Shown: one piece after another, positions 26,905 to 40,700 of the stretch
Layout: every line of letters begins with the position of its first letter
Position numbering within the stretch: position 1 is the first letter of the stretch
DNA from: Macrostomum lignano
Taxonomy: Eukaryota
DNA length: 64,000 nucleotides
NCBI GenBank assembly: GCA_002269645.1
Contig: NIVC01000031.1
Span: 682,001-746,000 of the forward strand
Direction of reading: 5' to 3'
Notes under the pieces: generated by a model
Seen by the model: only the letters and a program-made list of their open reading frames with translations
What the model was told of the DNA's origin: nothing
The model's database searches: none
Program-made: the position numbers and the translations under genes

Positions 26905-26910
26905 AATAAA
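26905..26910 (+). promoter_or_regulatory. Possible polyadenylation signal of talin (AATAAA; second candidate at 27080-27085)
   Basis: Canonical hexamer ~670 nt after the stop; the region is AT-rich so a chance occurrence is possible. Confidence 0.3.
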
Positions 26911-27689
26911 ACTGACCGACTGTTTGCCTTGCGATTGCTTGGTACTTGGGTTAATATTGAATAAGTTGATTAAAATTATGAGATATTATTTTAACTACTA
27001 TTATTTCCTGTGTACATTTTTGCTACATTATTTATGTATCCCCTGTTGATTAATTAGCAAAGCAATATATGGTATTATTAATAAAAATATCTGCTTTTTA
27101 TCATTGTATAAGCTTTCAAAATTTATTCTTTTAAAAAGGTTTTCTTTACTGATACTACTACTTGTAGCCAATATTTTTATATAAGTAGTATAATTAGCGC
27201 GCTTGTTAATATTTACTACTTTTTTGTTTGAAATGGCGTTTTTATGTGACATAGTTATATATTATTATAGATCTGTTTTGGTCACTTGTGCATCCAGCAG
27301 CTGTTGCATGCACCCCCCCCCAGCTTCGTAGTTTGAGGTGCAGATTTTGAACATTGTTGTTTTTCAAAATTAGATATTAATTAATATTTGGTGTCTTCAA
27401 TCTATCAGACTAATAAGTAGCTGCCTTAATTATTAATATCGCATAATTAGATATTTTTATGCATATTTTCAGTGCTAGCAAAATGCTTGACTGCTGTGCC
27501 GCTCTCTTCTAACATAGCGCTTCAAATTAAATTGTTTAAGAATATATCAGCTAACCTGCGCCAACCGCATGAAATCAATTTTTATATCACAGTTTTGCAA
27601 TATTGCCAACATTGACTGACTTTTCTTTTGGGATATTTTAGTGCCGATATAGCGTCATGATGTCATATACAAGTCATGATGTCCTCAGT

Positions 27690-28140
27690 TGCAAGGCCAG
27701 CCTCCCAGATCCTCAGTTGTTGGGCCAGCCTCCCAGATCCTCAGTTGCTGGGCCAGCCTCCCAGATCCTCAGTTGCTGGGCCAGCCTCCCAGATCCTCAG
27801 TTGCTGGGCCAGCCTCCCAGATCCTCAGTTGTTGGGCCAGCCTCCCAGATCCTCAGTTGCTGGGCCAGCCTCCCAGATCCTCAGTTGCTGGGCCAGCCTC
27901 CCAGATCCTCAGTTGCTGGGCCAGCCTCCCAGATCCTCAGTTACTGGGCCAGCCTCCCAGATCCTCAGTTGCAGGGCCAGCCTCCCAGATCCTCAGTTGC
28001 TGGGCCAGCCTCCCAGATCCTCAGTTGTTGGGCCAGCCTCCCAGATCCTCAGTTGCTGGGCCAGCCTCCCAGATCCTCAGTTACTGGGCCAGCCTCCCAG
28101 ATCCTCAGTTACTGGGCCAGCCTCCCAGATCCTCAGTTTT
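27690..28140. repeat. 28-bp minisatellite GGGCCAGCCTCCCAGATCCTCAGTTGCT
   Basis: Visible tandem units. Confidence 0.95.
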
Positions 28141-28879
28141 CAAGCTACAGGTGTAGCAGTGTTGACAATATTAAACGCAATATGAGCTCATTGAAACTTG
28201 TAAAATAATCTGAATTTAACTTTTTTTCAACTCAAAGCTTTTGCTATAAAAAATTCTGCCTTTTGCCTGGTTTGCTTGCGTCTTCAATATGAAGGTTTTT
28301 TTGGTATTTAATGCTGGAATATTAGTTAATTACATATTATCAGCACTAAATATATGCGTTGATTAATTTGTTTTCAATTAAAATAGTAAGATAATCTCTA
28401 TATTAGTAAATAATGGGTAAAGTTCAATAGAAATTATTGCTGTTTGAGTTTTATATTTAGCAGAAATAATTGCAGAAACAACATCGGTCCCACAACCAGA
28501 GCGTCGAGGCTATTCTGCCCATTCCGCTGACTCCTGACAAGCACGCCAATGAATATGAATCGCATCTCCCTTGGCCAATTTTTCCTGCTCAAACCCTGCT
28601 CAAATGAATGTGGCTGTAGCACGGAATAGAACTCTCGTGACGTGAGAGTCAAACGCGTTTACCGTTGAGCTGCTAGATTTAGTATATGGACTAGCACACT
28701 CGCCCCTCCTAGGGGGAGCACGATAATAAAGCATTCTAAAATCATTTATAGTCTGACGAGTGAAAACGCATTTGATGAAACCACATTTGATGCCTGCCGG
28801 TACGTTTGCAAACAATTTATTAATCCATCCAGCTAGTTTGAATTTTTAGTGTATAGTCTCACTCAGAATGACACTGCTA

Positions 28880-29090
28880 AGACATACTAAAACAGATACT
28901 GCTAAGACGCATGAATACAGACACTAAAGACATTTGGGCCGACACTAAAGACACTTGGGCAGACATTAAAGTCACTTGGGCAGACACTAAAGACACTTGG
29001 ACAGACATTAAAGACACTTGGGCAGACACTAAAGACACACTTGGGCAGACACTAAAGACACACTTGGGCAGACACTAAAGACACACTAAA
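28880..29090. repeat. ~21-bp repeat AGACACTAAAGACACTTGGGC
   Basis: Visible tandem units. Confidence 0.85.
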
Positions 29091-30829
29091 ACTGTACTTC
29101 AAAAAGGCTAATCATCAAAGAGCGAGTTCATGAACAAAAGCCAACCTTGACTAAATTTACAGCACTAGCGTAATCTGAAACAAAAAACAGCCGATAAAAA
29201 TTTAAACAAATTTTGTCTACCTTAATTACGTCATTATTAAATCTATAAACAGATGGGCAGACAGACCACATAGCTAATTATAAAACAGAGCTCACGCCAT
29301 TTTCAGCAACAACAAAAAAACCCTAGCAAAAAAGATATGTCTGCAGTGTCCGACTCAAATCGTGTGTGCCTGCGTTTAAACTGACACCACCCAGGTGCAC
29401 AACTGGTTAAAAACACAGGAATTAGTTGTCACAATTTGTCTTTTTGTAATTCCATAAACTGCGTCGTATTCACAGCAGCAGCAGTTTAGCTTTCTAAAAG
29501 AGAAAAAAATGATTTGCCCTACAGCTACGAGTAGGTTTGATGGAAAGCGGGCAAGAAGGAAAGAAACTATACTAGTGCAGAAAATGCCTTGTTGTGCAGT
29601 TGAAACCTCTGAGAGTTTTTTCTCTCTCCCTCTCTCCATTTCTGTGATATGCTTTTAAATGGCTACATAAGTGGAATTCGTGCTCAATATATAGAATTAT
29701 ATAGAGAGACTGCTTATAGAGATTTGTGTGTGTATGTGTCTGTGTGTGCATGCAGTACGTTCCCGGCGAGTGTAAATACTTATATAGTACCTCAAGCACA
29801 CACCTATTAGGACTCATTAATCTACAACAGAACTGCGCTTATTGATAATAATAATTACACGTATAAACGTAGGCTTGTAGAATATAATTTTTTGTCGCGT
29901 GAATTGCTAATTTATATTTTACTTGCATGGTTTTACAATGTGGCTATATTTGTTTGATTTGTTAGTCTGAGAGCGTGGGCGTGGTTATAAGTATCTATGC
30001 GTCAATTACACTGATTTACATGTAGTTGTTATACAAATTTTATAGATATTGCAATCTCTCGAGCGTTATGGACATCCAAGCATACAAACCTTAAAGATTT
30101 AGTATATTTAGATCTAGTATATACGACTAGCGCACTAAGCCCCCAATTGGGGCATTTCAAATTTGTAATATTTGACCGGGCTCTTCCAAATCGAATTTTT
30201 CATCGCAGGGTTTTCTGTATTCTTTCTATACACATATCGCCTTTGGCAGTTTGTATTTTTCGATACATATCGGCTGTATTTCTGCAGTTTTTTTAGTTTT
30301 CGATACATATCGCCTGCATTTCTAGGCCAGATGGTTCTAGAAAAATCAATTACACAGACAAGCAGACTGGTAGATTAAACTGGTAGGTAGGGTTAGACAA
30401 GTAAAAAAACATTGTTTTTGTTGTTCCCACTAAGAAGGCATAAAATTAAAAGCAGAAACTTGAAATGTAACGACTTGCAAAACCTACTGCAAAAGCCAGA
30501 CCCTAGATCAACCTATAATAAATTGAGTAACGCAGCCATTTGGATAAAAGTACTCGTAAGTTTGCGTGAGTACCTTCTAGATCCAGCACTGCATTGATAT
30601 CCGATCCTATAGCAATTGTTCTCATGGCTACTGAGTGACATCTTGGCCTTCATAATTTTTTATTTCATATCAACGTCTTTGCTATTCACGGCCATCATGG
30701 TATTGGATAGCAGCTTTGTTCTTTTTGTGTTTTGTGGTAAATCTTTCTAATAAAGCATCTATATATATCTTGCTCCTCTGTCTCTGACTATGATCTCCCT
30801 CTGTACCATCCTCTCACTTCTGCACCCTC

Positions 30830-31345
30830 ATCTCCTCTTGATTCCTCTGCCTGCCTCTCTTCTCTACCATCCTGTTCCCCTCTCTACCCTCCTGTCTCCT
30901 CTACCCTCTTCTTACCTGTCTACCCTCTTCTCCCTTGTCTACCCTCTTCTCCTCTCTCTACCCTCTTCTCCCCTGTCTACCATCTTCTCCCCTCTCTACC
31001 CTCTTCTCCCTTGTCTACCCTCTTCTCCCTCTCTACCCTCTTCTCCCCTGTCTACCCTCTTCTCCCCTCTCTACCCTCTTCTCCCTTGTCTTCCCTCTTC
31101 TCCCTTGTCTACCCTCTTCTCCCTTGTCTTCCCTCTTCTCCCTTGTCTTCCCTCTTCTCCCTTGTCTTCCCTCTTCTCCCTTGTCTACCCTCTTCTCCCT
31201 CTCTACCCTCTTCTCCCTTGTCTACCCTCTTCACCCCTCTCTAACCTCTTCTCCCCTGTCTACCCTCTTCTCCCCTGTCTACCCTCTTCTCCCCTGTCTA
31301 CCCTCCTGTCCCCTCTCTAGCCTCTCTCCAGTCTTTACCCTATTT
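30830..31345. repeat. 19-bp pyrimidine-rich array CTACCCTCTTCTCCCCTGT
   Basis: Visible tandem units. Confidence 0.9.
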
Positions 31346-31474
31346 TCATAATCAACATAGATATAATAATTTTTAATAATCCCTCAACTCACCAACAAAC
31401 CCAAAGTCATATGTTTACACCGCATCAACACTTAGAGTATACTGCAATAATTTTTTTGAACATATAGCGCTCAG

Positions 31475-31573
31475 CCAATGATACCTGACGCTCAGCGTCC
31501 TCGAGTTGCTAATAGCAACACAGATGAGTATACTGCTCTCTATTGCTATCGTGTCTTTTCGCTCGCGGCCAAT
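31475..31573 (+). promoter_or_regulatory. Two CCAAT boxes (31475-31479, 31569-31573) upstream of bestrophin
   Basis: AGCCAATG and GGCCAATG, ~250 and ~150 nt upstream of ATG 31722, in unique non-repetitive sequence. Confidence 0.3.
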
Positions 31574-31721
31574 GAAGTGACGCCATTAGAACCTGTGACC
31601 CAGCGCAACTAAATAAGTAAAAAAAGCATATACTCTGTCCCTGCCACATAGTTTTTATAGCCGGTGGAAACAGAATTTTCATTTCGAATTTGCCAAACTA
31701 TAAGTTCCAGTTTCCGTAAGC

Positions 31722-34700
31722 ATGACAGTCTCTTACAGCGAGACCATATCCAGTAGTCAAGGCGGCGTCTTCATCAAGATTCTGTTGCTATGGCGTGGCA
31801 GCCTGTACAAACTGGTGTACACCGATCTGTTTTTCTATCTGGTGATTTATTACGCTTTCAATATCAGCTACAGGTGCTTCATGAGCCCTCAGACCAGGCA
31901 GAGTTTTGAACTGGTGGTGAAGCTTTGCAACGAAATGGACAAATCAATTCCCCTGTCCTTCATTCTTGGCTTCTTTGTGGCCGGTGAGTGCTGCTTGGGA
32001 TTTGGTTGGGATTCGGGTGAGATTCGGTTGAGATCCGAGTGAGATTCGGGTGAGATCCGGGTGAGATTCGGGTGAGATTCGGTTGAAACTCGGGTGAGAT
32101 TTCAGGTGAGATTCGGGCGAGATTCAGGTAAGATTTAGGTGACATTCGGATTAAATTCGGATGAGATTCAGGTGAGACGATTCGAGTGAGATTCAGGTGA
32201 GATTCGGGTGAGAGGGGAAGCAGATGAGAGGAAAGCAGGTGTGAGATGGAAGCGAGTGAAAAGGGCAGATGAAAGAGGGAAGAAGGTCGCGAGAGGCAAA
32301 TTTTACCAATTTTCCTCAAGTCACCGAGCTCGCGTGCAACTTTCTGTTTAGTAATATGTATAGTAAAATAAATTTCAATCCCGCATAGAAAACATTACTA
32401 AGAGTGCTTTGGAGTCAATTGAGTCATCTTGACTTTGGCTTAAAAAACAAAAGTGAGAATTGCATCAGTCGTGCTTGAGGAGGCTGTGTGATTCTCCTCG
32501 ACTCAGCCTTAACTGAACTCTCACATAGCTCGTTACCTGAATGCATATGTACTGGACCATAAAACATTGTGTTAAATTCATATTTTATTGCACCTCTAAG
32601 TTTCTCTGAGCAATAAATAGCAGCATTATATTGTCTCACTTTGACGTGTGCCGACAATTAGTTTTTCTCCTTTATTGTTTACATTTTTTCTTCTCAAACC
32701 ATTAGTGTGACCCAATTGAGCTGGTTTGGGTGCAATCAGTTTTCCGGGTTTTTTCTTCTTGAATTTGTTTATTTACATGTAGCCTGTTTCTATGCCGTTT
32801 TGTTTGAATATCAATGACTTACTCTGTGTATGACCGATTGTCTATGACCTACATGTAATACTCTGTATGACCGCAATTGTCTATGACCTACATACTACTG
32901 TGTATGACCGATTGTCTATGACCTACATGTACTGTCTATGACTGTTTTTCCATGACCTACTATTAAGGTCTGCCTATGACCTACTGAGCATGACCGCAAT
33001 TGTCTATGACCTACTGAGCATGACCGCAATTGTCTATGACCTACTGAGCATGACCGCAATTGTCTATGACCTACTGAGCATGACCGCAATTGTCTATGAC
33101 CTACTGAGCATGACCATGATTGTCTATGACCTACTGAGCATGACCATGATTGTCTATGACCTACTGAGCATGACCATGATTGTCTATGACCTACTGAGCA
33201 TGACCGCAATTGTCTATGACCTACTGAGCATGACCGCAATTGTCTATGACCTACTGAGCATGACCGCAATTGTCTATGACCTACTGAGCATGACCGCAAT
33301 TGTCTATGACCTACTGAGCATGACCGCAATTGTCTATGACCTACTGAGCATGACCGCAATTGTCTATGACCTACTGAGCATGACCGCAATTGTCTATGAC
33401 CTACTGAGCATGACCGTGATTTTCTATGACCTACTCAGCATGACCGCGACTGTTAATGCCCTACTAATGACCTTGATTGTCTTTACCAAACAATTCCATT
33501 TTGAGTAATCAGTCATTTCCACCCCCTAACCAAGGTGTAATCGGTCGCTGGTGGCAGATGTACTTGAACATACCCTGGCTAAACCGTATCTCGTTTCTGT
33601 CCTACGGCATTCTGACTGGCACCCGCGAGAACTTCGAACAGGCCCGGCGACTCCGTTTGAGCATGATGCGCTACCTGAATATTGGCTGGATTCTGCTTAT
33701 GCACTCCATCTCAGAGAAAGTTATGCATCAGTTTTCTGACATAAAACCGCCAGACGAAACTGAGGAAGGAAATTCTGTGAGTTAACGATCTAGTCTCAAG
33801 TTTGTTCATGTTCGAATCAAGCTGGTAAAAAGTCAATCGAAGCTGATAGATAGATTCAATCAATTTGATTGAAAGTCAATCAATTTGACAAAAAGCCAAT
33901 CAAGCTGATAAAAAGCCAATCAAGCTGATAAAAAGCCAATCAAGCTGATAAAAAGCCAATCAAGCTGATAAAAAGCCAATCAAGCTGATAAAAAGCCAAT
34001 CAAGCTGATAAAAAGCCAATCAAGCTGATAAAAAGCCAATCAAGCTGATAAAAAGCCAATCAAGCTGATAAAAAGCCAATCAAGCTGATAAAAAGCCAAT
34101 CAAGCTGATAAAAAGCCAATCAAGCTGATAAAAAGCCAATCAAGCTGATAAAAAGCCAATCAAGCTGATAAAAAGCCAATCAAGCTGATAAAAAGCCAAT
34201 CAAGCTGATAAAAAGCCAATCAAGCTGATAAAAAGCCAATCAAGCTGATAAAAAGCCAATCAAGCTGATAAAAAGCCAATCAAGCTGATAAAAAGCCAAT
34301 CAAGCTGATAAAAAGCCAATCAAGCTGATAAAAAGCCAATCAAGCTGATAAAAAGCCAATCAAGCTGATAAAAAGCCAATCGAGCTGATAAAAAGCCAAT
34401 CAAGCTGATAAAAAGCCAATCAAGCTGATAAAAAGCCAATCAAGCTGATAAAAAGCCAATCAAGCTGATAAAAAGCCAATCAAGCTGATAAAAGGCCAAT
34501 CAAGCTGATGAAAAGCCAATCAAGCTGATAAAAAGCCAATCAAGCTGACAAAAAGCCAATCAAGCTGATAAAAAGCCAATCAAGCTAACAAAAAGCCAAT
34601 CAAGCTGATAAAAAGCCAATCGAGCTAATTAGATAGAATTAAATCAATTTGATTGAAAGTCAATCAATTTGATCGAAAGTCAATCAATTGCTGATAAAAC

Positions 34701-37700
34701 GCCAATCAAGCTAATTAGAACTGACGACAGAAGATGCACACACATTACTCGTAGAAGACAACCAAGCAAAGATATTCAGACCAATTCGAGGCTATTCTGG
34801 CCGCAAAACAATAGATTTCGACACTTTGCTGATTATTTTTAATGGAATTATCCAATTATTAAAATCCCAACTATAATCCTATATTAATGGAGAATAATGA
34901 ATTTTTAATTCTTCAATTAGTGTAGCGCTGTCATTTGCATTTGGTTGGATATTAAAAAATAAATAATGAAATGCATAGACATACGTCGAAGTCCGTGACT
35001 GCTTGTAGCTTCGCTTATTCGACTTAACGGGGAGTTGGATGTTAATTCCGCAGCAGTTTCTCATCATGGGGTGTCACACGAAAAAGAAGTTATTAGCTAT
35101 GGGGAGAGACAAGCTCACACTGTCACTTTAATTGCCAAGTCCCATGCACAGTCGACTGAAGTTGCAATTTTGACAAAAAAGAATAATTGATAGTTGCTTG
35201 CAGCAGTAATTGGAACTCAACAACACCCCTAGATGCTGCACTGCTGCCCAGCAGCAGATAATGAGAGGTCAAGGTAAGGCAGAGGGGGGGAGCGGTCGGA
35301 GCAGAAAAGACTTCGACGGGCTGCTCAGAGCATGCAAAAATCGCTCTCAACAATACAAGCCCGCCCTGCCGTGCGTCACGAGATTAGCCATGATGATGAC
35401 TATATCTGTACTGCACAAAAAGGCTTATACATGTGTGTAGCTACGACACGCAAAAGATCGACTGATGAAATGAGAGAGAAAACTGTCGACAGAAGATGCA
35501 CACATATATAGCTACTCGTAGCTACGCTTTTTTTACATCAGTCGTCAACGAGCTGAGCTGAATTGATTCAATCACAGCTCGAAATTCATGATCAATTTCA
35601 GCTGTTTAAATACATGGCTATAGCTGTGCATGGCTTCTGGATGAAACGAAACTAATTTCACTAATCTCTTGCCATGCACACAGCTTCATCATGCAAGGCT
35701 TCGTCTGTTGTTTCATACTTAAACCTAAAAATTGTTTTTTGAACAGATTTAGCTAATTACGACAGACCATTTTTAGTATATGGATAAGATAGAAAAAATG
35801 GTTTAAGCACAATATGAACTTCACCAACTGCAAATAAAGCAAATTAAAACAAATAAACTACGATCTTTCTATTTGCGTGTATCGATAAGATTTTTCGGCT
35901 TCGACCATAGACAAATGTTTAAAATCAATGAAACGAAATAATCAGGTTTTGGTTGACTAGCTATTAGCCAATGCCACAAATTTCAAGTTGATGCTTGAAT
36001 TTGTACGAAAAACGCGAAATGGATGCTAATGAAGTAGTATAATTTAATGAAGCGTGTAGCTCATCGATATTTTGTATAGTGCTTGTTACACAGTAGCTAC
36101 ATATGGTTTCGACCGAAAAATCTATCCAAACTATGGAAGTTCTGAAAGAAGCCAGACTTAGACTTTCACTGCCCCAAAACTACACTGCAGTCAAATGCAA
36201 ACTTGTAAACGTAGCTAGCTAAATGTCAATGAATTATAAGTGAGGAAACAAAAATGCAAAGAAACATTATTTAATGATAATTAATCTGCGTTATTTTACT
36301 TTTATTTGAACAATGTTTTTTCTATGTATTATTCGTTATTCAATTTATTGTTAAAAAACTATTCTGTTTTTTTAAAGTGACATTTAATTAATTTTTCTTA
36401 TTGAAACAATTAACAAAGTAATCTAATTAACCAATTTTTTAATTAATTAGTCGAATTTTATACATTTTTTTGGTTCAAGTGAGTAAATATTTCAATTGTA
36501 TTAATTAAATAATAAATTTATTTGTTAAAATTTTATTACAGCTGTTAAATATCTGAAACTAGCCGAACAAAATTGCAATTAGTTAGCTATAGAACTATAA
36601 GCTGTCATCAAAACACGTTAATTTATTTAAATTTATTGCCTGACAACAAAACAGGCTGGTGAAGGACTGCTCACTCGAATTCGCTATGTGATGGACAGAC
36701 TGGCCGGAACGAATCAAATGGCTGCTCAGTTGCACGCTAACTCAAAGTCGAGGGTGTGAATTTTTGTTTATATTTGTTATTAAAATATTGTTTTTAAGCT
36801 TTGATTTTGGTTTCACGACACATTTTTTATAATAATTGCTTAATCAGAAAATGTTTGCTGTGATGCCGTGATCTCGCTATAATGTGTAGCATTTTTAACT
36901 GATTTTGATTTTTTATTCGCTTATAAGAATATTTTACAACTGTTATCAGCATTATAACAAAAATTGCTAAAAATGAACTCTGTGTGTGTGATCCTACACG
37001 GTTGAAATACTGGAGTGTCACCATCACCAATTAATCACAGACAGGGTTATAATTAATCAAAGACACAACGGGGGGTCACCAATCACAGATAGCACTGCAA
37101 TATTCGATAATCAAAATCAATCCAATGCGAACTATAAAATCTCAAATCCCTGCCAACACAACCCAGTCTCAAAAAGGAATTCGCTACCTCCTGGAGAGCA
37201 TCAATCGCTGCACTCGAGTGCGCCTGCACTTTCCCAAGCTGGTCACCGAGACGGAGATTCAAGCATTCGAGCGGGCCGAGTCAGAGTACGTCAGCAAGTA
37301 CTGGAGACCCTACGTGCCGGACTACTGGCTGCCTTTGCAGTGGGCGGTGCTGCTGTGCAAGAAGGCCATGGTGCACGGCTTCTGCGACCCCAGGTTTGTG
37401 GAGGTTTTGTGTAAATTGGAATAGCACTAAGCACTACGGAAGACTATATTCAACCTCGTAGCTTTCAAGACATGCTAAAATCATTGCCGGACACTTTAGT
37501 TACACTTAAAGACACATAGAGCAATAAAAACTGCGGCACTTCTAAGCACTTCTGGAAGATTGAAGATACTTCATGACACATTTAGGTACTTTAAGACCAC
37601 TTGAATAAAGTTCAAGACACTTTAAGAAGGCTCTTCAATAAAGGCACTTCAAGACAGCTTTAAGACACTTCAAGCACTTCGAGAAAATTTAAGACACTTC

Positions 37701-40700
37701 AAGAAACTTTTCAAGACCACTCAAGACCACTTGATGACACTTCAAGACAATTTAAGACCACTTCAAGACACTTCACGAACTTTAAAGACACTTTAAGATA
37801 CTTATAAAGACCACTTCGAGACACTTCAAGAAACTTCAAGACCACTCAAGACCGACCACTTCATGACACTTTAAGACTCTTAAAGAGACTTCAAGACACT
37901 TCAAGATACTTTAGGACACTTCAAGACACTTTAAGATACTTAAAGACCACTTTAAGACACTTCAAGACCACTTCGAGACACTTCAAGATCCTTTCAAGAA
38001 ATTTCAAAGCACTTAGGATACAATGAGCAAACTTCCACTTTAAGCTCTTAAACCCACTATAAGCTCTATGTCAGTCTATGATCGGAAAATTCTTGAGGAT
38101 CTTAAATCGAAGCTACCGAATGACATCACAGAGCACAAGTTGATCGATACTCCCCACAAGGACAACTTAAGACTCCCCACCACCCCAATCATTTCCTTCC
38201 CCAAGGTCGATGGTGAAGCTGATGGAAGAAATCGAAGATGTTCGAGGGATGATGCAAACTCTGGTTATCTACAACGAAGTGATGATCCCTCTGGTATACA
38301 CTCAGGTAGAGACATTTGTTATACTTGATGAGACACAATGTCAGAGAGCCACATGGATCCAAGAATGCTTAATAACCATTCCACTGCAGGTGGTGATCAT
38401 AGCCGTGTACAGCTACTTCCTTCTGCAGCTGTTCAGCCAGCAGTTTGTTAATCCGAAATGGACAGCTGAAGCGCTGGGCCGGTTGACCAACACCTCCGTG
38501 TTGCCCATTTCAACTGGCAGTGAACATCATCATGGAGAAGTTATTGATATGTACTTTCCTGTGTTCACCGTGTTTCAGGTCAGCATTAAGTTCCCTTCGA
38601 TTGGGTTCCTCTAGAAGAAGTTCAGTTTTTAACAGCTATTTGTTCTTCATTTTACAGTTCCTCTTTCTGATGGGCTGGCTCAAGGTAGCCATGTGCGTCA
38701 TGAATCCCTTTGGTGACGATGATGAGGACTTTCACACCCTGGAGATGCTGGATTACAATTTGGAGGTAAGACTTCTGCGAAGCCATTTCTAGGACAGCTT
38801 CAGTTGTCCTATTACTGCAGGTTGTCTGCATACATAACCATGGTTGAATAGTCAAGCACAAAGAGTAATGTTGGATGAGGCTCTGGATGCTGCACTGGAC
38901 TGTCCGAGAACAATTGATAGTCGGGGCACCCGTTCACAAGCTTGTGTCCCGCATGCGCAGGCATCGGAACAGCTGGTCGTCAACTATCCAGAAGTGTCCC
39001 CAGCCATCAGAAGTGTCCTCAGCCATCAGAAGTGTCCCCAGCCATCAGAAGTGTCCCCAGCCATCAGAAGTGTCCCCAGCCATCAGAAGTGTCCTCAGCC
39101 ATCAGAAGTGTCCCCAGCATCAGAAGTGTTCCCATGCAGCAATCAGAAGTGTCCCTAGGCATCAGAAAAGTGTCCCCAGCATCAGAAGTGTCCCCAGCCA
39201 TCAGAAGTGTCCCCAGCCATCAGAAAAGTGTCCCCAGCCATCAGAAGTGTCCCCAGCCATCAGAAGTGTCCCCAGCCATCAGAAGTGTCCTCAGCCATCA
39301 GAAGTGTCCCCAGCATCAGAAGTGTTCCCATGCAGCAATCAGAAGTGTCCCTAGGCATCAGAAAAGTGTCCCCAGCATCAGAAGTGTCCCCAGCCATCAG
39401 AAGTGTTCCCATGCAGCAATCAGAAGTGTCCCTAGGCATCAGAAAAGTGTCCCCAGCATCAGAAGTGTCCCCAGCCATCAGAAGTGTTCCCATGCGGCAA
39501 TCAGAAGTGTCCCTAGGCATCAGAAAAGTGTCCCCAGCATCAGAAGTGTCCCCAGCCATCAGAAAAGTGTCCCCAGCCATCAGAAGTGTCCCCAGCCATC
39601 AGAAGTGTCCCCAGCCATCATAAAAGTGTCCCCAGCCATCAGAAGTGTCCCCAGCCATCAGAAAAGTGTCCCCAGCCATCAGAAAAGTGTCCCCAGCCAT
39701 CAGAAGTGTCCCCAGCCATCAGAAGTGTCCCCAGCCATCAGAAGTGTCCCCAGCATCAGAAGTGTCCCCAGCCATCAGAAGTGTCCCCAGCCATCAGAAG
39801 TGTCCCCAGCCATCATAGAAGTGTCCCCAGCCATCAGAAGTGTCCCCAGCCATCAGAAGTGTCCCCAGCCATCAGAAGTGTCCCCAGCCATCATAAAAGT
39901 GTCCCCAGCATCAGAAGTGTCCCCAGCCATCATAAAAGTGTCCCCAGCATCAGAAGTGTCCCCAGCATCAAAAGTGTCCCCAGCATCAGAAGTGTCCCCA
40001 GCATCAAAAGTGTCCCCAGCATCAGAAGTGTCCCCAGCATCAAAAGTGTCCCCAGCATCAGAAGTGTCCCCAGCATCAGAAGTGTCCCCAGCATCAGAAG
40101 TGTCCCCAGCATCAGAAGTGTCCCCAGCATCAGAAGTGTCCCCAGCATCAAAAGTGTCCCCAGCATCAGAAGTGTCCCCAGCATCAAAAGTGTCCCCAGC
40201 ATCAGAAGTGTCCCCAGCATCAGAAGTGTCCCCAGCATCAAAAGTGTCCCCAGCATCAGAAGTGTCCCCAGCATCAAAAGTGTCCCCAGCATCAGAAGTG
40301 TCCCCAGCATCAGAAGTGTCCCCAGCATCAGAAGTGTCCCCAGCATCAGAAGTGTCCCCAGCATCAGAAGTGTCCCCAGCATCAAAAGTGTCCCCAGCAT
40401 CAGAAGTGTCCCCAGCATCAGAAGTGTCCCCAGCATCAAAAGTGTCCCCAGCATCAGAAGTGTCCCCAGCATCAGAAGTGTCCCCAGCATCAGAAGTGTC
40501 CCCAGCCATCAGAAAAGTGTCCCCAGCATCAGAAGTGTCCCCAGCCATCAGAAGTGTCCCCAGCAATCAGAAGGTGTCCCCAGCCATCAGAAGTGTCCCC
40601 AGCATCAGAAGTGTCCCCAGCCATCAGAAGTGTCCCCAGCCATCAGAAAAGTGTCCCCAGCCATCAGAAGTGTCCCCAGCCATCAGAAAAGTGTCCCCAG

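Noticed and set aside
33840-34720. CRISPR-like regularity of the 20-32-bp arrays
   Set aside because: Units are contiguous with no unique spacers, there are no cas genes, and the context is eukaryotic.
38821-38870. Stop-codon reassignment or readthrough in bestrophin
   Set aside because: Two different stops (TGA, TAA) would both need recoding; the other genes end normally with TAG/TGA/TAA; a clean alternative acceptor exists at 38940.
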